NCBI GenBank assembly: GCA_012026655.1
Contig: JAAILG010000464.1
Span: forward strand, 1-64,000
DNA from: Hydrolagus affinis
Lineage: Eukaryota
Length of the DNA stretch: 64,000 nucleotides
Direction of reading: 5' to 3'
Shown here: piece by piece, positions 1 to 13,199 of the stretch
How the letters are laid out: each line of letters opens with the position of its first letter
Numbering within the stretch: position 1 is the stretch's first letter
Translations under genes and position numbers: made by a program
The notes under the pieces: model-generated
Databases searched by the model: none
What the model saw: the letters and a program-made list of their open reading frames with translations, nothing else
What the model was told of the DNA's origin: nothing

Positions 1-1852
1 TGATGAGGAACAGAGACCAGGCAAGATTTGTTTTTTCTGCTGCTAATTTCTACTGATACTCTATTGGATAACCTGTTCAAAAACTGTAGGCGATTCTCAT
101 ATATTTTGTAAAGGATGTATATACAGTATATAATTTATATAGCACAAGTATAATTTATATAACCTTAATAATAATGTACATTGGAATGCTGTCAAATAAT
201 TTTTGGTACAGGTGGATTCAATAGAACGCCGCACAATTAAAACACAGTAAATTTGTTGTTGTTGAATGCATCCTGTGGTTTGATGGGCACAGTGTGAGCA
301 AAGTATATTACTAAACTGGATGATATTTGGTGGAATGTAATTCACTCACGCACCTATCACTACAATAGCTTTTTTTGCTTGCATAGCTTGTAATACAATT
401 ACACATCTGTGTGAATGCACAATTATCATGCTTAAACAAATTGCATCCTTTTCTGATTGTGAACCAAAAGAAGGTCAGATATATCGTACATTAGAACTGG
501 CACAGAACATGCGAAGTGGACACAGGGACAATCTCCAATCTTTTTATAATAGTGGGTGGCTCCAGTCTCCCTCCTAGGCACAGGTGGGCCTTTTCTCATT
601 CTCTAGTGTGCTGGACATCATTGAGGAGATTTCTCTGTGGGGTACTCTGCATTGGGATAGCTTGTGGGATTGTGGCATGGACTTAGAGGTATTATCAGAC
701 CTGCAGGCGACAGAGGAGTTTCTGCTGCGTAATATGAAAGCTGCTCACCAGGTGCTAGAAATGTTATGATGGTAGTCCTTGTGAAACAGCTTCTCAGGCC
801 TATGAACTCTTTATCATATTCTGGAAGGGCATTATACTCTGGTCATCACTCCAACTTCCAGCCCTACAGATCATAAATACCATGTGACTCCATGCTCCTC
901 ACCTGGATCTAACCTGCAGAGCAGATTTGGTTGACTGGCCAAGTAGACACTACAGCTGGAGGCTTGCACATTCTTAGCAAGGTTTACCACATGTTCGTGT
1001 TGCACCTCACTCCTTCATAACAAACCCAAGCCAAACATCTATGGGAATTCATTCATTAAATTAGGTGATTCTCAATCTGGATCAGGGCACCATATACCTG
1101 TTTTTATAAGATCATGTCACTAGATTCTCTATTCTCATGACAAGATTCCTTTTCAACTGGTGATTTTCCATAGATGGTAAGATAGAATCAAATTCTAACT
1201 CCCACTGCCTGTCAATCCCCTTAGGCAACCAATGCACTGTCCTCAAAAACCTTAAACAATGCCCCTGGCTCTACCAGTCAACTCTGTACATTTTTCGGTA
1301 ACCATTGATCCTATCTTCTGTACTTCTTTTACTTCCTGCAGTTCCCTACCACTCAGAACACAGTTCTTCTAATTGTTTGCTAATCCAGTTAATGCCAATT
1401 TAACTATTTTAAGTGGATTTATTTGGAAGAAGTTGACTATTTGGCACAGCAGTAGATCAACAGCTCAGTGGCGTGAATCGCAGCTGTGCAGTTTGCTTGT
1501 TGTTTTGCAGGGGTCTAGTGGGATGCACAGCGTTTTGTTGTGACTAGCACATCCTCACTATTACTAACGTGTGAATGGCTGATGACTGAGAATGCGAGTT
1601 CTGTATTTGTATTTGTATTGTTTGGTGGTGCTTTCAGTTCATTAGCAGAATTGCAGGATAGGATACAGGATTGTTAGTGTGCCGGCATGTGTCTGCACAA
1701 AACGTGCTACTTTCGCGCTGGATGGTTCCAATTGCCTAACATAACCTGGCCTGAATTACTTTTTGGAACTAACATTGGCAAAAATTACTTCAAAGCATAC
1801 AACCAATTTCAATCCTGTTTGGAAACAGGATTCCATGAGAGATCGAGGCATG

Positions 1853-2123
1853 GAGTCCTGTAGCTCAGGGATTAGAGAACTCGCCTTGCAAGCATGAGAC
1901 CTGGGTTCAATACCAGGAAGGATGACAACTTGGGTACGTTCCCTCAAAAAAAATTGGTCATTTCAATCCACGACTGTTTGTGGGACACTGCTGTGCGCAA
2001 TTGACTGCTGGGTTTCACCTACAAGTATACAGTCAATTCACTTTATAGCATATTGTGTGAACCACTTTGAGATGCCTGAAAGATGTGAAAAGCGCTATAT
2101 CAAATGTAAGGATTATTATTATT
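1853..2123 (+). mobile_element. tRNA-derived DeuSINE-type SINE (tRNA-Ala-like head, central Deu domain deleted, L2-type tail)
   Basis: Head GTCCTGTAGCTCAGGGATTAGAG (A box) and GGTTCAATACC (B box) with a TGC anticodon-like loop. Body TTGGTCATT...CTGTTTGTGGGACACTGCTGTGCGCAATTG. Tail AAGCGCTATATCAAATGTAAGG(ATT)n. A homologous copy lies at 40763-41063. Confidence 0.9.
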
Positions 2124-4300
2124 GTGTCATTCTCCAAACATAATCCTATCCTTTGAAATGCTAAATCATTTTGCACTTCCAACATCCAATTCCCCAATCA
2201 ACAGGGAATTAACTTCAGAAAGACACAGATTCATTTTTACCATTTTTGTTTTAATTTATGGTTTAGTCATTAGCTTACATTGTCTCACAGACAAGTGATC
2301 TGCACAGTCCCTTGATAGTGGAGAACTGCAATTTTGGGTTGGGTATATTTCATCCCTGGCAAATGTGCAGTCTGTATTCAGCTGAATTTTGGTGCTCAAC
2401 TGACAATACAGTATAGCCAAGTGCTGACCTGATGCAGCAGGTTAGTGGGAGGGAGGAGCACTGCAGAGATGCTGTGTGGTTGAACATGCTGCTCAGATGT
2501 AAGCTTTGTCCTACTCTAACCACAAAATTACCCACTGTTTCAGAATATTTGGCAATCCACATATGATTACCTTGCGTCACTTGTTTTTCCTGAATTTCTT
2601 TCGAAAATTCTTTCCACTATTGTTGCATTTTAATGTTTAATGGCCTCTTAAAAGCAGAATGAACCAATGAATAATCATAAATCTATCATGTAAATTCCAT
2701 AGTCTAATTGCTTCAATGATGTAAAAACAGTTGATTAGGAGATCTAAACTGAGGAGGTGATTTCTCACCCCCCGCCAACCACTCACCCCACCCCCATACA
2801 TACACATGTAGACTGGTAACTGAACTCATTTCAGCATAGTCATAAAAGTAAGTTGGTATTTTTTTCTCCAAGTAAATTGGTTGTTTCTTTCCAATGAATG
2901 TGATTTTACACTAAAAATGCAATCAGTTCTAGTTGAATCCGAGACTGATCAATTTCTGCACTCAAATGTATCAGCCTGAAGGTAGGGAAATTCAAATGTG
3001 TAAGATGACACAGAACGGCGGAGGAAATCAAATACTATCACCTCCTAACAGGAGGTTAAATATTAAAAGTGTAAAAGGTTAAGTAAGGAAGCAATTTTCA
3101 CTTCACTGATCGATTAGTAAGGGTAGAACACCTTTAGGATAACATTCCTTAAGAAATCCCATGAATCAGTATTACACAAGTCTAGCTTATGATAAACCTC
3201 ACTGTGAGTTCTTTGCTTGTATTGTGAAGTATGACCGAGCTACAAAGTCGTTTCTAAATGAAAATTGCTCCCAGTTGGGTGTGCTAGATTTATTTGGATG
3301 TTTCTGAGGGAGGTTGCTTGTTCATATCAGGATATCATGTACAAGTGCAGGTTAAAGTATTTTAGGAGCATAGAAAATGTGAAGGCTTGCTGCAGAAATC
3401 TGTTACGGCTTTGTGGATCAGATTGGCAATTTGTGCTGAATTTGGGGATTTTTATGCTGTGGCTTCACACTTTTCGGTACCTGGATTGTTTAAACTGGTT
3501 TAACTTGCTTGCCTCACAACTAGCAGGGAGGCCAGACTTCCACCCCATCAGTGACGGCTGGATTAGAAATCTAGGAAACAATTTGTGCTATTCCGTAATA
3601 CATTACTTGCCTCAATTAACATAAGAAACACGTTAAGAAATACTCCCAAATTTTGCCCATGATTCTAAAATTTGAAGAGTACACAATTGACCCTTCAATG
3701 TTATACCAGCAACTTGCATTTACCTGCATATCACTCCAAATAGGGAAAATTTTATGTATTTTGAGCTGATTTATTTGCCCCTTAATTGACTGTAAGGGAA
3801 AATGTGAAAGTAGGTTGCTGGAAGTGCTTTTGTCACACAGAGTGAAGCTGCTTTGTGAGGCAAGCAGATTTGTAACAGCACAGGTGCCAACCAATATACA
3901 GAGTATTGGAAACAAAAGTTCTTGTGCCACTGACTGGGTAATTCTGAGCCAAGATTTCAGTCTCCTCCTAACCTACATCAATCGTATACACACACAACAG
4001 AAGTACAGAAGTAACTACTATATGCGTTGTCAAATCATGACTATAACTCTTCCAATTAATATATTCATGAAATCTAAATCGATATGGAGTGCAGAACATT
4101 GTGTTATTAATATATATTTGTCGCTTTTTGATTATTCCAATTCATTTCTTTGTGTGCAATTGTCTCTAATTACAAATTACAAGTGAAAAGATGTGGGTTC
4201 ATACATAATACATATGAAATGGTTGATCAGGGGGAGGGTGGGGACCGTGTTCAACATTTCAACAAGCAACAAAATGGAAAGATGTTCAAATCAACATTTT

Positions 4301-4400
4301 TCATTACATTTTACAGTAAAGCCTGTGAAGCGCTTTAAGATATCCTCCCAACCTGAACAGCTGTATATCAAATGTAAAGATGATTATTATTATTATTATT
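4301..4400 (+). mobile_element. SINE 3' tail fragment
   Basis: CTGTGAAGCGCTTTAAGA...TATATCAAATGTAAAG(ATT)n matches the tail of the 1853-2123 element. Confidence 0.8.
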
Positions 4401-6179
4401 AAAAACACTAAAATGTGGTGTTTGGAAATTTCTGTCCTGGATATTATAAATAAATACATGATATAGAACCATACATAGACTTGTCTAAATTGGTGGTATT
4501 CTTAGAATAAAATAAATATTTTAACCTCTTCCAGAATATTTTTTTCAGGAACTGAGCATCTTGTGTGATAAAATATATTAATTAAGTTGGATATCGAGGT
4601 CCAATAGACTTAAAACAGAGAGAGAGATCAACATCGTATCAGCTCTCCATTAGTATCAATGATCCACAATGCTGATAGTATTCAGCAGCAAAGCAAACTG
4701 TATTAACCTCCTCCCCCAACTTCAGCATTGACATGAAGACTCTTGAGCTGCATCACTTCGGGGAGTGGGGGGGAGTGGATAGAGGGAGGGAGGGAGAGGA
4801 AGCTGATGTTAAATTGATGCCACAAAAGCACTGTCAGGTGAATTTAAAAGCGGTGTTACTGACACACTGGCCTCTGTCTGGGATTGCTGATAATGCAATC
4901 TCACAAGGACTATACCATCATTCATTCCTTTAATAAAATATATAGTTCTGAAATAATTGTCTCAGATAGGGCTGCAAGCCTTTGTTTTTGTTCTGTTTCT
5001 AACGATTCTAGCTAGTAAAATGAAATTTGGTCTTGGGATTTTGGTGACAACGTACATGTTCAGCTAATGCACAAAAATGTGACAATTAGATTTTAAGAAT
5101 CAAGGCACAAATAATTTCTTCACAATCATTGGAACTCCTCACAAGAGATACACCAGTGAAACGTGCCCCCCAGTGTAAGAACTGACTGATATAGGGTATA
5201 TTTCTTACCTTATTAAAAATTATCTTTTAATACCCAACCAGATAAAATGATACAATATGTAAATTTTTAATTTATTCATCTCTGTTCTATCATCTCTGTT
5301 CTCGTAAAGAAAATATTCTTTGTACCGCAAAACCTACCAACAGAGCAGGCTCCTGTCTAAAAGCTGTGTGCTTCTTGTAGAGAGTCAAATGATTAAATGC
5401 AAAACGTGCTTAGGTTTCATGGATTATATCGAGTTAGACATTGTGCTACATTTATTACCTGAGAAATGCATACTTTTGCGTTTCAAAGTCACACCTTAAC
5501 GAGCAGAATTACACACAGTTTACACTTAAAAGTTGGAGTAAATTGCTTTGAATCTCCAGTCCCTCATCATTTGTTTTTCACCTTATTATCTTATGCTTGG
5601 CTGGTCTTTGTTCCTGTATCCTATGTAGATGAGTGACCCATTACAGCCCCTGTTAATACATCAGTGTTCAAACTGCACTCCAACCACTTTTATCATGGCA
5701 TGTCTTGTAGTGACTAGTCATGTTACAACTGGTTGATTATAGGTAATTCTGGTGGAAGGTATTAGCTCCTTGTTCTGTGCAAAATGTACCGGATAAATAC
5801 AGTAATGTAAGTTAGGCCAGCACTTTAATTATCTTTGATCCTATTTTCTTTGCTATTGTAAGATTTTTGTAATTTAGCATCACAAACCTCGTTGGCGCAC
5901 AGTCCGTCACTTAATCCAATTCTGAAAAAAAGAATTATGCCTGTTGCAAATTACTGTGTAGACACTAGCTGCATTTCACATCTGTTCTCTTTCTTTAAAA
6001 GAAAGAAGTTACCATAGTACATATTTATTTATTTTTCTTTCGAGACTTGAGCATTTGTAGTTGACATAATGATTTTCTTGGCTATTTTCCAAAACACACA
6101 GCTTCCGAAATAAAGGTAAGCATCTTTCATATTTCAGTCGCTGAATTCCTCCAGATAGAGAATTTGATTTGTTTTTCAC

Positions 6180-7200
6180 CGATAATTGTAGATGGCTTGT
6201 GAATATTCTAAATTTTTTTTTAAAGGTTTTTGAAAACGACGTGTTAAAATATTCCCCAGTTATTATTGTTCAATGCACGAATATAGTCAATCAATCGAAT
6301 CGACTCGAGCTTCACTGAGAAACAGTTGCACATTTTAGAAGTTGAATCACTTTGAGGGAAAAGATGCAAGGAGATAAAGCAATGATTAAGTAATCCACGG
6401 TTGAGCGATTTGTGAGTTAACTAGTTTTATTTGCGCTTTATATAAAATCTCATCCAGGCAGAATTCTATTCCAATAAAGTTTCTTGGTAAGCTGGTCATG
6501 CATTTTTATGAATTCAACTGAAGTCCGGGACTTGTTTATTTTTACAAGATATTCTTTATAATTAAAAAAACATTTTTGTGGGGGTTATTTGTGTTCACCG
6601 AGGGGACGGATATCAGAGCTGAGGATTGGAATGCAATCCAAGTGTGTCACTGTGCCACTTTTTGGGTTAACTGAATCACCAGATTGCTTTCTCTGAATTG
6701 TATTTGATGGTATTGCCAATTTAGTCACATCGAAGAAGAAACACCAAGTTAGCTCGTCGCAGAATATCTAGTTCAGAAACATTATAGTGTACTAACAGTG
6801 TGGCTGGAATCCCCTGAGGCCCAACGTGTTTCCGCAGTGTTGTTCGGAATGCGAACGCAGGCTGCTTTTGCCTCGGAAAGACAACCAAGGTTGCATCAAG
6901 CATTGTATATTGTGTATACAGTACTGTAAATAAATATAGAGATATTTTTTCACTTAATTCAGTTGAATATAAATACAATAACCCCTTTCCTTAATACTCT
7001 GTGATAGGTAATATTGCAATTTCTGTTTCGACACCTATTATTTGTAGCTCCGCAGAAAAATAAGGTTTTCTATATCTTACATATCACCGAATCTAATACA
7101 CATTTTTGATGATGTCCGAAACCAACTTTACAAGCTCTAAAATTCTAGGCCCAGAGGCGTTTACCCCCAACAAAAGTAATATGTTAATCCGGTCATACTT
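6180..7200. promoter_or_regulatory. AT-rich patch that retains CpG; candidate promoter or enhancer
   Basis: About 29 CpG in about 1 kb by hand count, against about 3 in 8400-9000. No recognisable repeat. Confidence 0.35.
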
Positions 7201-8262
7201 CAGTCTTATAGGGAAGGGCAGGTTTGCTGGTGAGCTATCATAGGCATCTCAGAGTGTTCTACACGTCTGGAATTCTTTGCACTAACCAGCCAATTAGATT
7301 ATGTTGTAACATTTTTCTCTCCTGTCCAGAGGCATTTCTGGACAATTAAGTTGGGTCTTTTACTCCATGAGCTACGTTCAGGTCTTTCCGAAATGACAGC
7401 CATGCAACAAAAGAATTTAGGATTGTTTGACCTCCTCTAAAACAATTACGGTGGGATATATTGATCGAGAAAGTATGGCAGACTATTGGAAAAGAAAGCA
7501 AATTAAATCAGAAGACACATGTATTGATACAATGAAATATTTTACACAATGGAGTCTCGTGCTGACTATTTTCAATGGGAATCTCGAAGTGCATCAAGCC
7601 CACCCATAAGCACTCCACCTGCCATTATCACTTGAAATAATGTTTACTTCACATGGAATACTCGCACATTAAACACAGGCAATCAAGCCTGTTGAAGTGC
7701 TTTTTACCTAGAAATGTCCACAAACCTTCTCCATTTCCACTGATAATTCCATTGATAACAATGCACATTGTTTCACATACAATAGCTTGTGTAAATTCTC
7801 CACATTAAAACCCAAATAAGCAGCAAATCACAACAGATATCAGAGGTTTAATATTAGTGGATAAAATTAATATTTGTTTTGCTTGTTTATATAGCTAGAG
7901 GAATAAGACATGCAAGTGCAGTAATTTATATTAATGAAAACACTCAATTGAGATAAATTGAAACAGACGCTGTATTTGTTGATATTTTTTGTTGTTCCAC
8001 ACGTCACTTAAAATGATGGATTTTCGAATGTAGTCGGGCAGATATGATCACTGATGCCACTCCAGACAGCTGTGTTTGAAAAGCTGTGAAGTATTTTTTA
8101 TGAAATTCTCTACTGACAATGTGTCCCATAGTCCTACCTGGCTCTGGGCATTCTTTGGATCTGTTCTTTGTGTTCTCCCTGTACTGTGATGGCAACCATT
8201 TCCGTTGTTATCTCAAGACCCTAATGGTGAATTTAGTACCATTGGACAATAATAATGATTAC

Positions 8263-8404
8263 ATTACTGTGCATACATTGACTGCTGCCTTGCTTGCAAA
8301 ATACACGGTCACTAAACTTCACAATGAATCCTGTGAAGAGCTTTGAGACGGCTTCTTGATTCAAAAGGCACTTTGTTAAACATAAATAAGGATTATTATT
8401 ATTA
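8263..8404 (+). mobile_element. SINE 3' fragment (old copy)
   Basis: CTGTGCATACATTGACTGCTGCC...CTGTGAAGAGCTTTGAGAC...AAGG(ATT)n. Confidence 0.75.
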
Positions 8405-9384
8405 TCGACCCCACTCATTGTTGATTTGCTTATGCCACGTCCTACTTGGAACAAATTTCTACAAGTAGATTTTGTCAGAACAGAGTTCCCACAGCTGAGT
8501 GTAATATAGCTAGGAGTTCCTCTTTAAGCATTTTTTAAAAAAAGTTTTAAACTCCAAATCCTTATTGAAATACTCCAAATACCAGTATTAATACTTAATA
8601 CTTGTTTGCTTCAATAGCTGCTTATGGCAAAGAATTCTATGTTCTAATATCCCTTTTGTACCCTTTCCCTTAACACTCCCAGTGACAACGCTGAGCTTAT
8701 GTGTCAGAAATTCCCAGACTCCCATTGCTGAAATATAAATTGTACTGATAGAAATTGGAATATTTCAATATCACTAGCAATATTTCCTCTGTAAAAGATC
8801 CTTTGTGCTGGTAACAGAAGCTAAGGCATTCAATTAGACCCATTGTTTGAGACAGCTCAGTCCTGTTGCAAATAGAATTTTAAATCATACAAATCTGACT
8901 AAACACTGCAACACTCAAGATTTCATCCTACTCACAGAGAAATATTCTCCTCAGCTGTTAAAAAATAATTGAATCCATTTCAGTTATATTTATTCTGTTT
9001 GATTCAAACTGGGTGATGCACTGCTTAAAACCAAACATCTTAAATTTGCTTTACAACAAAACGTTACCAAAAACGGTGGGGAGGAAAATGCATATCCAGC
9101 CACAATTTGTGAGGATGTGGATCCTCAGCTCAGTTTCGATGGCTGGCATGGAGTTTGAAACATGTAAATTGTTTTAATGAGAGTCTAATCAACTGGTGCA
9201 GATTCCTGAGCTGCCTGACATCCTGTTCTCTTCGTAACTGAGCGTTAATTAAACACAGAGGGTGAGTTGCAAGATGGTAAGGCTCGTCTGGAACTCCATT
9301 GCATTCTGTATGTCTTAAAACACTCAGCAAACACGTGGAACAATATTCACATTTAGCTGTTCTAAATAATACTGTATACTAATA

Positions 9385-9411
9385 ATGTATGTATGTATGT
9401 ATGTATGTATG

Positions 9412-9440
<29 letters not shown>
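9385..9440. repeat. (ATGT)14 microsatellite
   Basis: Perfect 56-bp tetranucleotide array read directly from the sequence. Confidence 0.98.
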
Positions 9441-9442
<2 letters not shown>

Positions 9443-9699
9443 GTAAATATTAAGTGCAGAATCATTTTCCATCATCTAGAATGCTGTACCAACATACAGT
9501 ACTATACAGTATTACATTTAATGTTCAGTAGTCCACTAAAGAGTCAGTCAACAAAATCAGCAAGGCTCATGTAGTACAGGTGTCAATTTCTTCACAAAGG
9601 AGCTGGATACATTTCTGTTTTTAAAAAAGTGTTTAAGGTTACAAGGATAAGTGCACAAAGAGATGATCAAATACTTGGTTGCCTCTTCCTGGTACCATG

Positions 9700-9940
9700 G
9701 AAACGTAACCTATAGAATGCAGAGGTTAAGAAGTGACTAGTGTTTGTTTTAAGGTTGGATTAATATTTTAGGTGTTTTTTATTAATTATCGTTGAGAGTC
9801 AGGGAAATTTCAAACAGGTTCATCTAGCCGTGCGATTTTAACTTGTTCTTCATTAGCTCCCTGATTTTGTGGGGTGGGTTGGATGGAGTCAATAGCTGGG
9901 CAAATGTTTGGAGAGATTGGGATTGATAGGCTAAATTGTT
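9700..9940 (+). mobile_element. Decayed CR1 LINE 3' fragment
   Basis: TAGAATGCAGAGGTTAAGAAGTGACTA resembles the CR1 ORF2 LERRRLRGDL motif; GGATTGATAGGCTAAAT resembles a CR1 3' UTR. Confidence 0.35.
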
Positions 9941-11304
9941 GTTGCTGTTGTGCAAAGTGACCAAAAAATCACGATATCTACCCTATTATCTTCAAAATAC
10001 AAAAATATCATAATATCTTTAGGATTTATTAAACATGGCAATAACAATGTTATAATGGTATAACAATATTTTGGTCACCATGTAGATTGTGTTTTCTCAT
10101 TCCATTCTGTTCTTTCTTAACACATAAGATTATTTGAGAGTATCGCATTACATTTTTAATAGATAGTAAATCGTTTTGTGTTAAAAATGATTATTTAATC
10201 AAAGGAAACCATTGATAATGCTTTTGAAATGTGTGCAGTTGACAAGCCATCGTGAAAAGCATTTCAGCAATAATGATGAAAAGATATTCGAGAAAATATT
10301 ATAACATATTCTTAACCATTATCAGTTCTTAAATTGTTTTAAGGCTTCAATTATTAGCGTTTGTAATACAGAAAATTACTTTGCTACCCAACATTAACTT
10401 CCATAATTGAACATTATAAAATCACAATCAGGAATATTACAAACCAGTGTAAGGAATAAAAAAAAATGAACATTGTATTTTAGCATTAGAATTCCTTCGC
10501 AAATTTGATTTAATATTTTTAGAATAAAAAGAATTACTAATGCTACACAGAAATGCACAGCTGACTCTGGAATGTAAAGTATAATAAAGCAGGAAATGGT
10601 ATACATTTTCAAGTAATGAACAGTACTTTGTAAATAGACAGAAAAAATAATTCATACTGCACAAAACAAATTCATGCAAAATGTGCAATTAAGCTAAAAT
10701 CGTGGTGTCCAATATGGGTTCCTGGGTGATTATTGGAAGATTATTTCAACAATATACAGGGATGAAATGCCAAGTATACAAAATATTCCATTATATTTCA
10801 CTACATGTGTACAATTATATATATAATAATCCAAAGACGTAAATTAAATTTTATACATTAGGCACAGATTATGTATAAAATTGTTCAATTTAATAATATT
10901 TGCAACAAAGTAAATTCGGATTATTTGTTGAATGACTATGTTGTACGAATTTGAATTAAAAATTAAACACTACAAAATGTTTTGTTACAAATTTACACAC
11001 CAACAATTATCCTTTTAAGGTGTAAATATTGAAAAGATTAGTTCTGACACAAATTTGCAAATTTAATTGGCAGGAATGCTGGAGTATGAACAATCAGGAA
11101 ATGATGCACATCCAGGGCAAGGATCCTATGTAAAATTCCTCTTAAATTGTGGTAATTTGCGTTCTCTGCATGAAAGTTTCTTTCATCTACCATGCATTTT
11201 GCCTCGAGTCAGAAATGCAACAATGTCCATTTAAAAAATTCTGGCCTCTTCTCATGCTGTGTGTATAATTTACTTACAGCCACTGCTGTACACACCAGAA
11301 TCAT

Positions 11305-11371
11305 ATACAGCACTAATGCTTACCTACTCCTGACATGAAAAGCGTTATACAAGTGTCATTTTGTTGTTGTT
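11305..11371 (+). mobile_element. L2/SINE tail fragment with a (GTT)n end
   Basis: CCTGACATGAAAAGCGTTATACAAGTG...TTGTTGTTGTT. Confidence 0.6.
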
Positions 11372-12067
11372 CTTTACAATGCAGTGATGAAAAGAAAATT
11401 ATTTTGGTTGTCAATCCTATAACGCTTGGATATAAATCAGAGGATCTTACAATAATGCATCTCAATTGGTTATTAAGTGTTCGTTGAAGGAATTCCTTGT
11501 ATTAATAGTTGAAATTCTAGGAGTTTCTGAACAAATCGTGAGATTCCATGCTTCTGGAGAGCAGAGCAGAGGAATCTTATGGTCTGTGTGATTTTCCAAG
11601 TCAGCTCTTCTGACTGGGGATGTAGGGAATGGGAAAACAAAATTCAGCTGTACAGTGGAGGTGGTGGTGGTGGGGTGGTGGGTTGGGTGGGGGGGCACTT
11701 CCACATTACCACACATAGCTAGCATTGGTAACATGAACAACCAGTGGAATTAATAAATCTAACAATCTTTAACATAACAAAAGTTATATAAGCACAGAAA
11801 CTATGTGATAGGATTAGATTAGTCTCAGTTCTCAAATGGGCAGAAACATTAAACTGATTTGAACAAAAATACCACTACGAGCAGTCTCAACACATTTCAA
11901 GTTAGTTCAAGTTCAACACGTTCAATTCTCAACTAAATTTGTCCACATGGCCATTTTCTGCCAATCATTTTAACAAGAGTACATTCCTGGGAAGAGCATA
12001 CTGTTCCTGTTATGAGCAGATACTCTTCAGTTCCAATCTATAAACTGTGATGGAATTCAGACTTTGA

Positions 12068-12572
12068 TTGCTTACCGGCAAAGTCAAACTCAATCATAAC
12101 CAACCATAGTTTCTAATCCTTTTACAAGTGACTGTAATATACATTCTTGTATAAGTGTCTTTATAAGTCTTTGCAACTAAAGTAAATTTATCATTTACGT
12201 ATATTATTTCTCGGATTAGTTAACAGCTGAAAAATATATTTCTGATTAAGCCAACTCCTGATACAAACAAACTTTTTCTTGGCAAACAGAATTTACACCA
12301 ACCGAGAATCGGCTGAACTCAAAGTGAGTGGCATATCTGATACTAACCATAACACGTGCCAATTATTCTGAGTAAAGAGGTGCAGCATCTTGGCTCACAC
12401 TAACTGCAAAGCTTCATGTAAAATGAGTAACACTGTATATGTATTTCATTTGCTTAAGGAGCGACATTCCTTTGCTTACCGGCAAAGTCAAACTCAATCA
12501 TAACCGACCCATAGTTTCTAATCCTTTTACAAGTGATTGTTATATACATTTTTGTATAAGTGTCTTTATAAG
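12068..12572 (+). repeat. About 100-bp direct repeat (12068-12167 and 12472-12572)
   Basis: TTGCTTACCGGCAAAGTCAAACTCAATCATAACC...GTATAAGTGTCTTTATAAG occurs twice with a few substitutions or indels. Confidence 0.97.
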
Positions 12573-13199
12573 GTAAAGCGAAGACATTCCTGACTGATTT
12601 TGCATTGGTTGGTTGGATGAAATTTCAAGTCAATAGATTTCAGGTACAATCAAAAGCCGGAACAAATTTTCAACTGAGCTCAGACATTGTATATGAGAAC
12701 TCTAACACCAACAGCCTGGAAAGAGGAACAAATTCAGGTTAAAAGTTGCTCTAAAAAAAACATCAGCACAAATACTGTATAGCCAAATTTAGATACCATT
12801 ATTTACGAAAGGGAAACAAATTCAAGATTACCAGGGGTAAGAAATTTCTCATGAACCGTAAGAACTTTGTCACAACATCTGAAATCATGCTGAATTTTGG
12901 GGGGCAATTCTTAAATCTATTCTGAGTTGGGAAGGCATTTTTCCAAAGATCATACAAAGCACAGTAGCCTGTAAAAACAAGAGGTGAAAATAGCTGCTGG
13001 CTAGAACATGGAAGTAGAGATGGTCATTTGGCAGGAATGAGGCTATCGACCAAATAACAGAGAGAGAAAGTGGCAAACCAGTCAGAAGAGGAATAGGTCA
13101 GGTGTAAAGAATGTGAGAGCAAACTGTGTCCCCGATTAAAAGATGAGCCACCACCAGATTTGGCTACATCTGCAATATTTCCTCATGCAGACAAGAGCA

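Noticed and set aside
560-1330. Possible LINE (L2/RTE) coding relic
   Set aside because: Composition is suggestive but I could not read convincing collinear motifs.
1811-1832. Perfect 10-bp-arm palindrome AATCCTGTTT-GG-AAACAGGATT (also GGATTCCTTA-A-TAAGGAATCC at 57064-57084)
   Set aside because: Too short and isolated; consistent with chance or local template switching, with no supporting context.
1853-1925. tRNA-Ala(TGC) gene
   Set aside because: No proper acceptor stem, and it runs directly into SINE body and tail; it is a SINE head.
3265-4186. ORFs of 104-123 aa
   Set aside because: No recognisable domain or consistent splice structure; lengths expected by chance.
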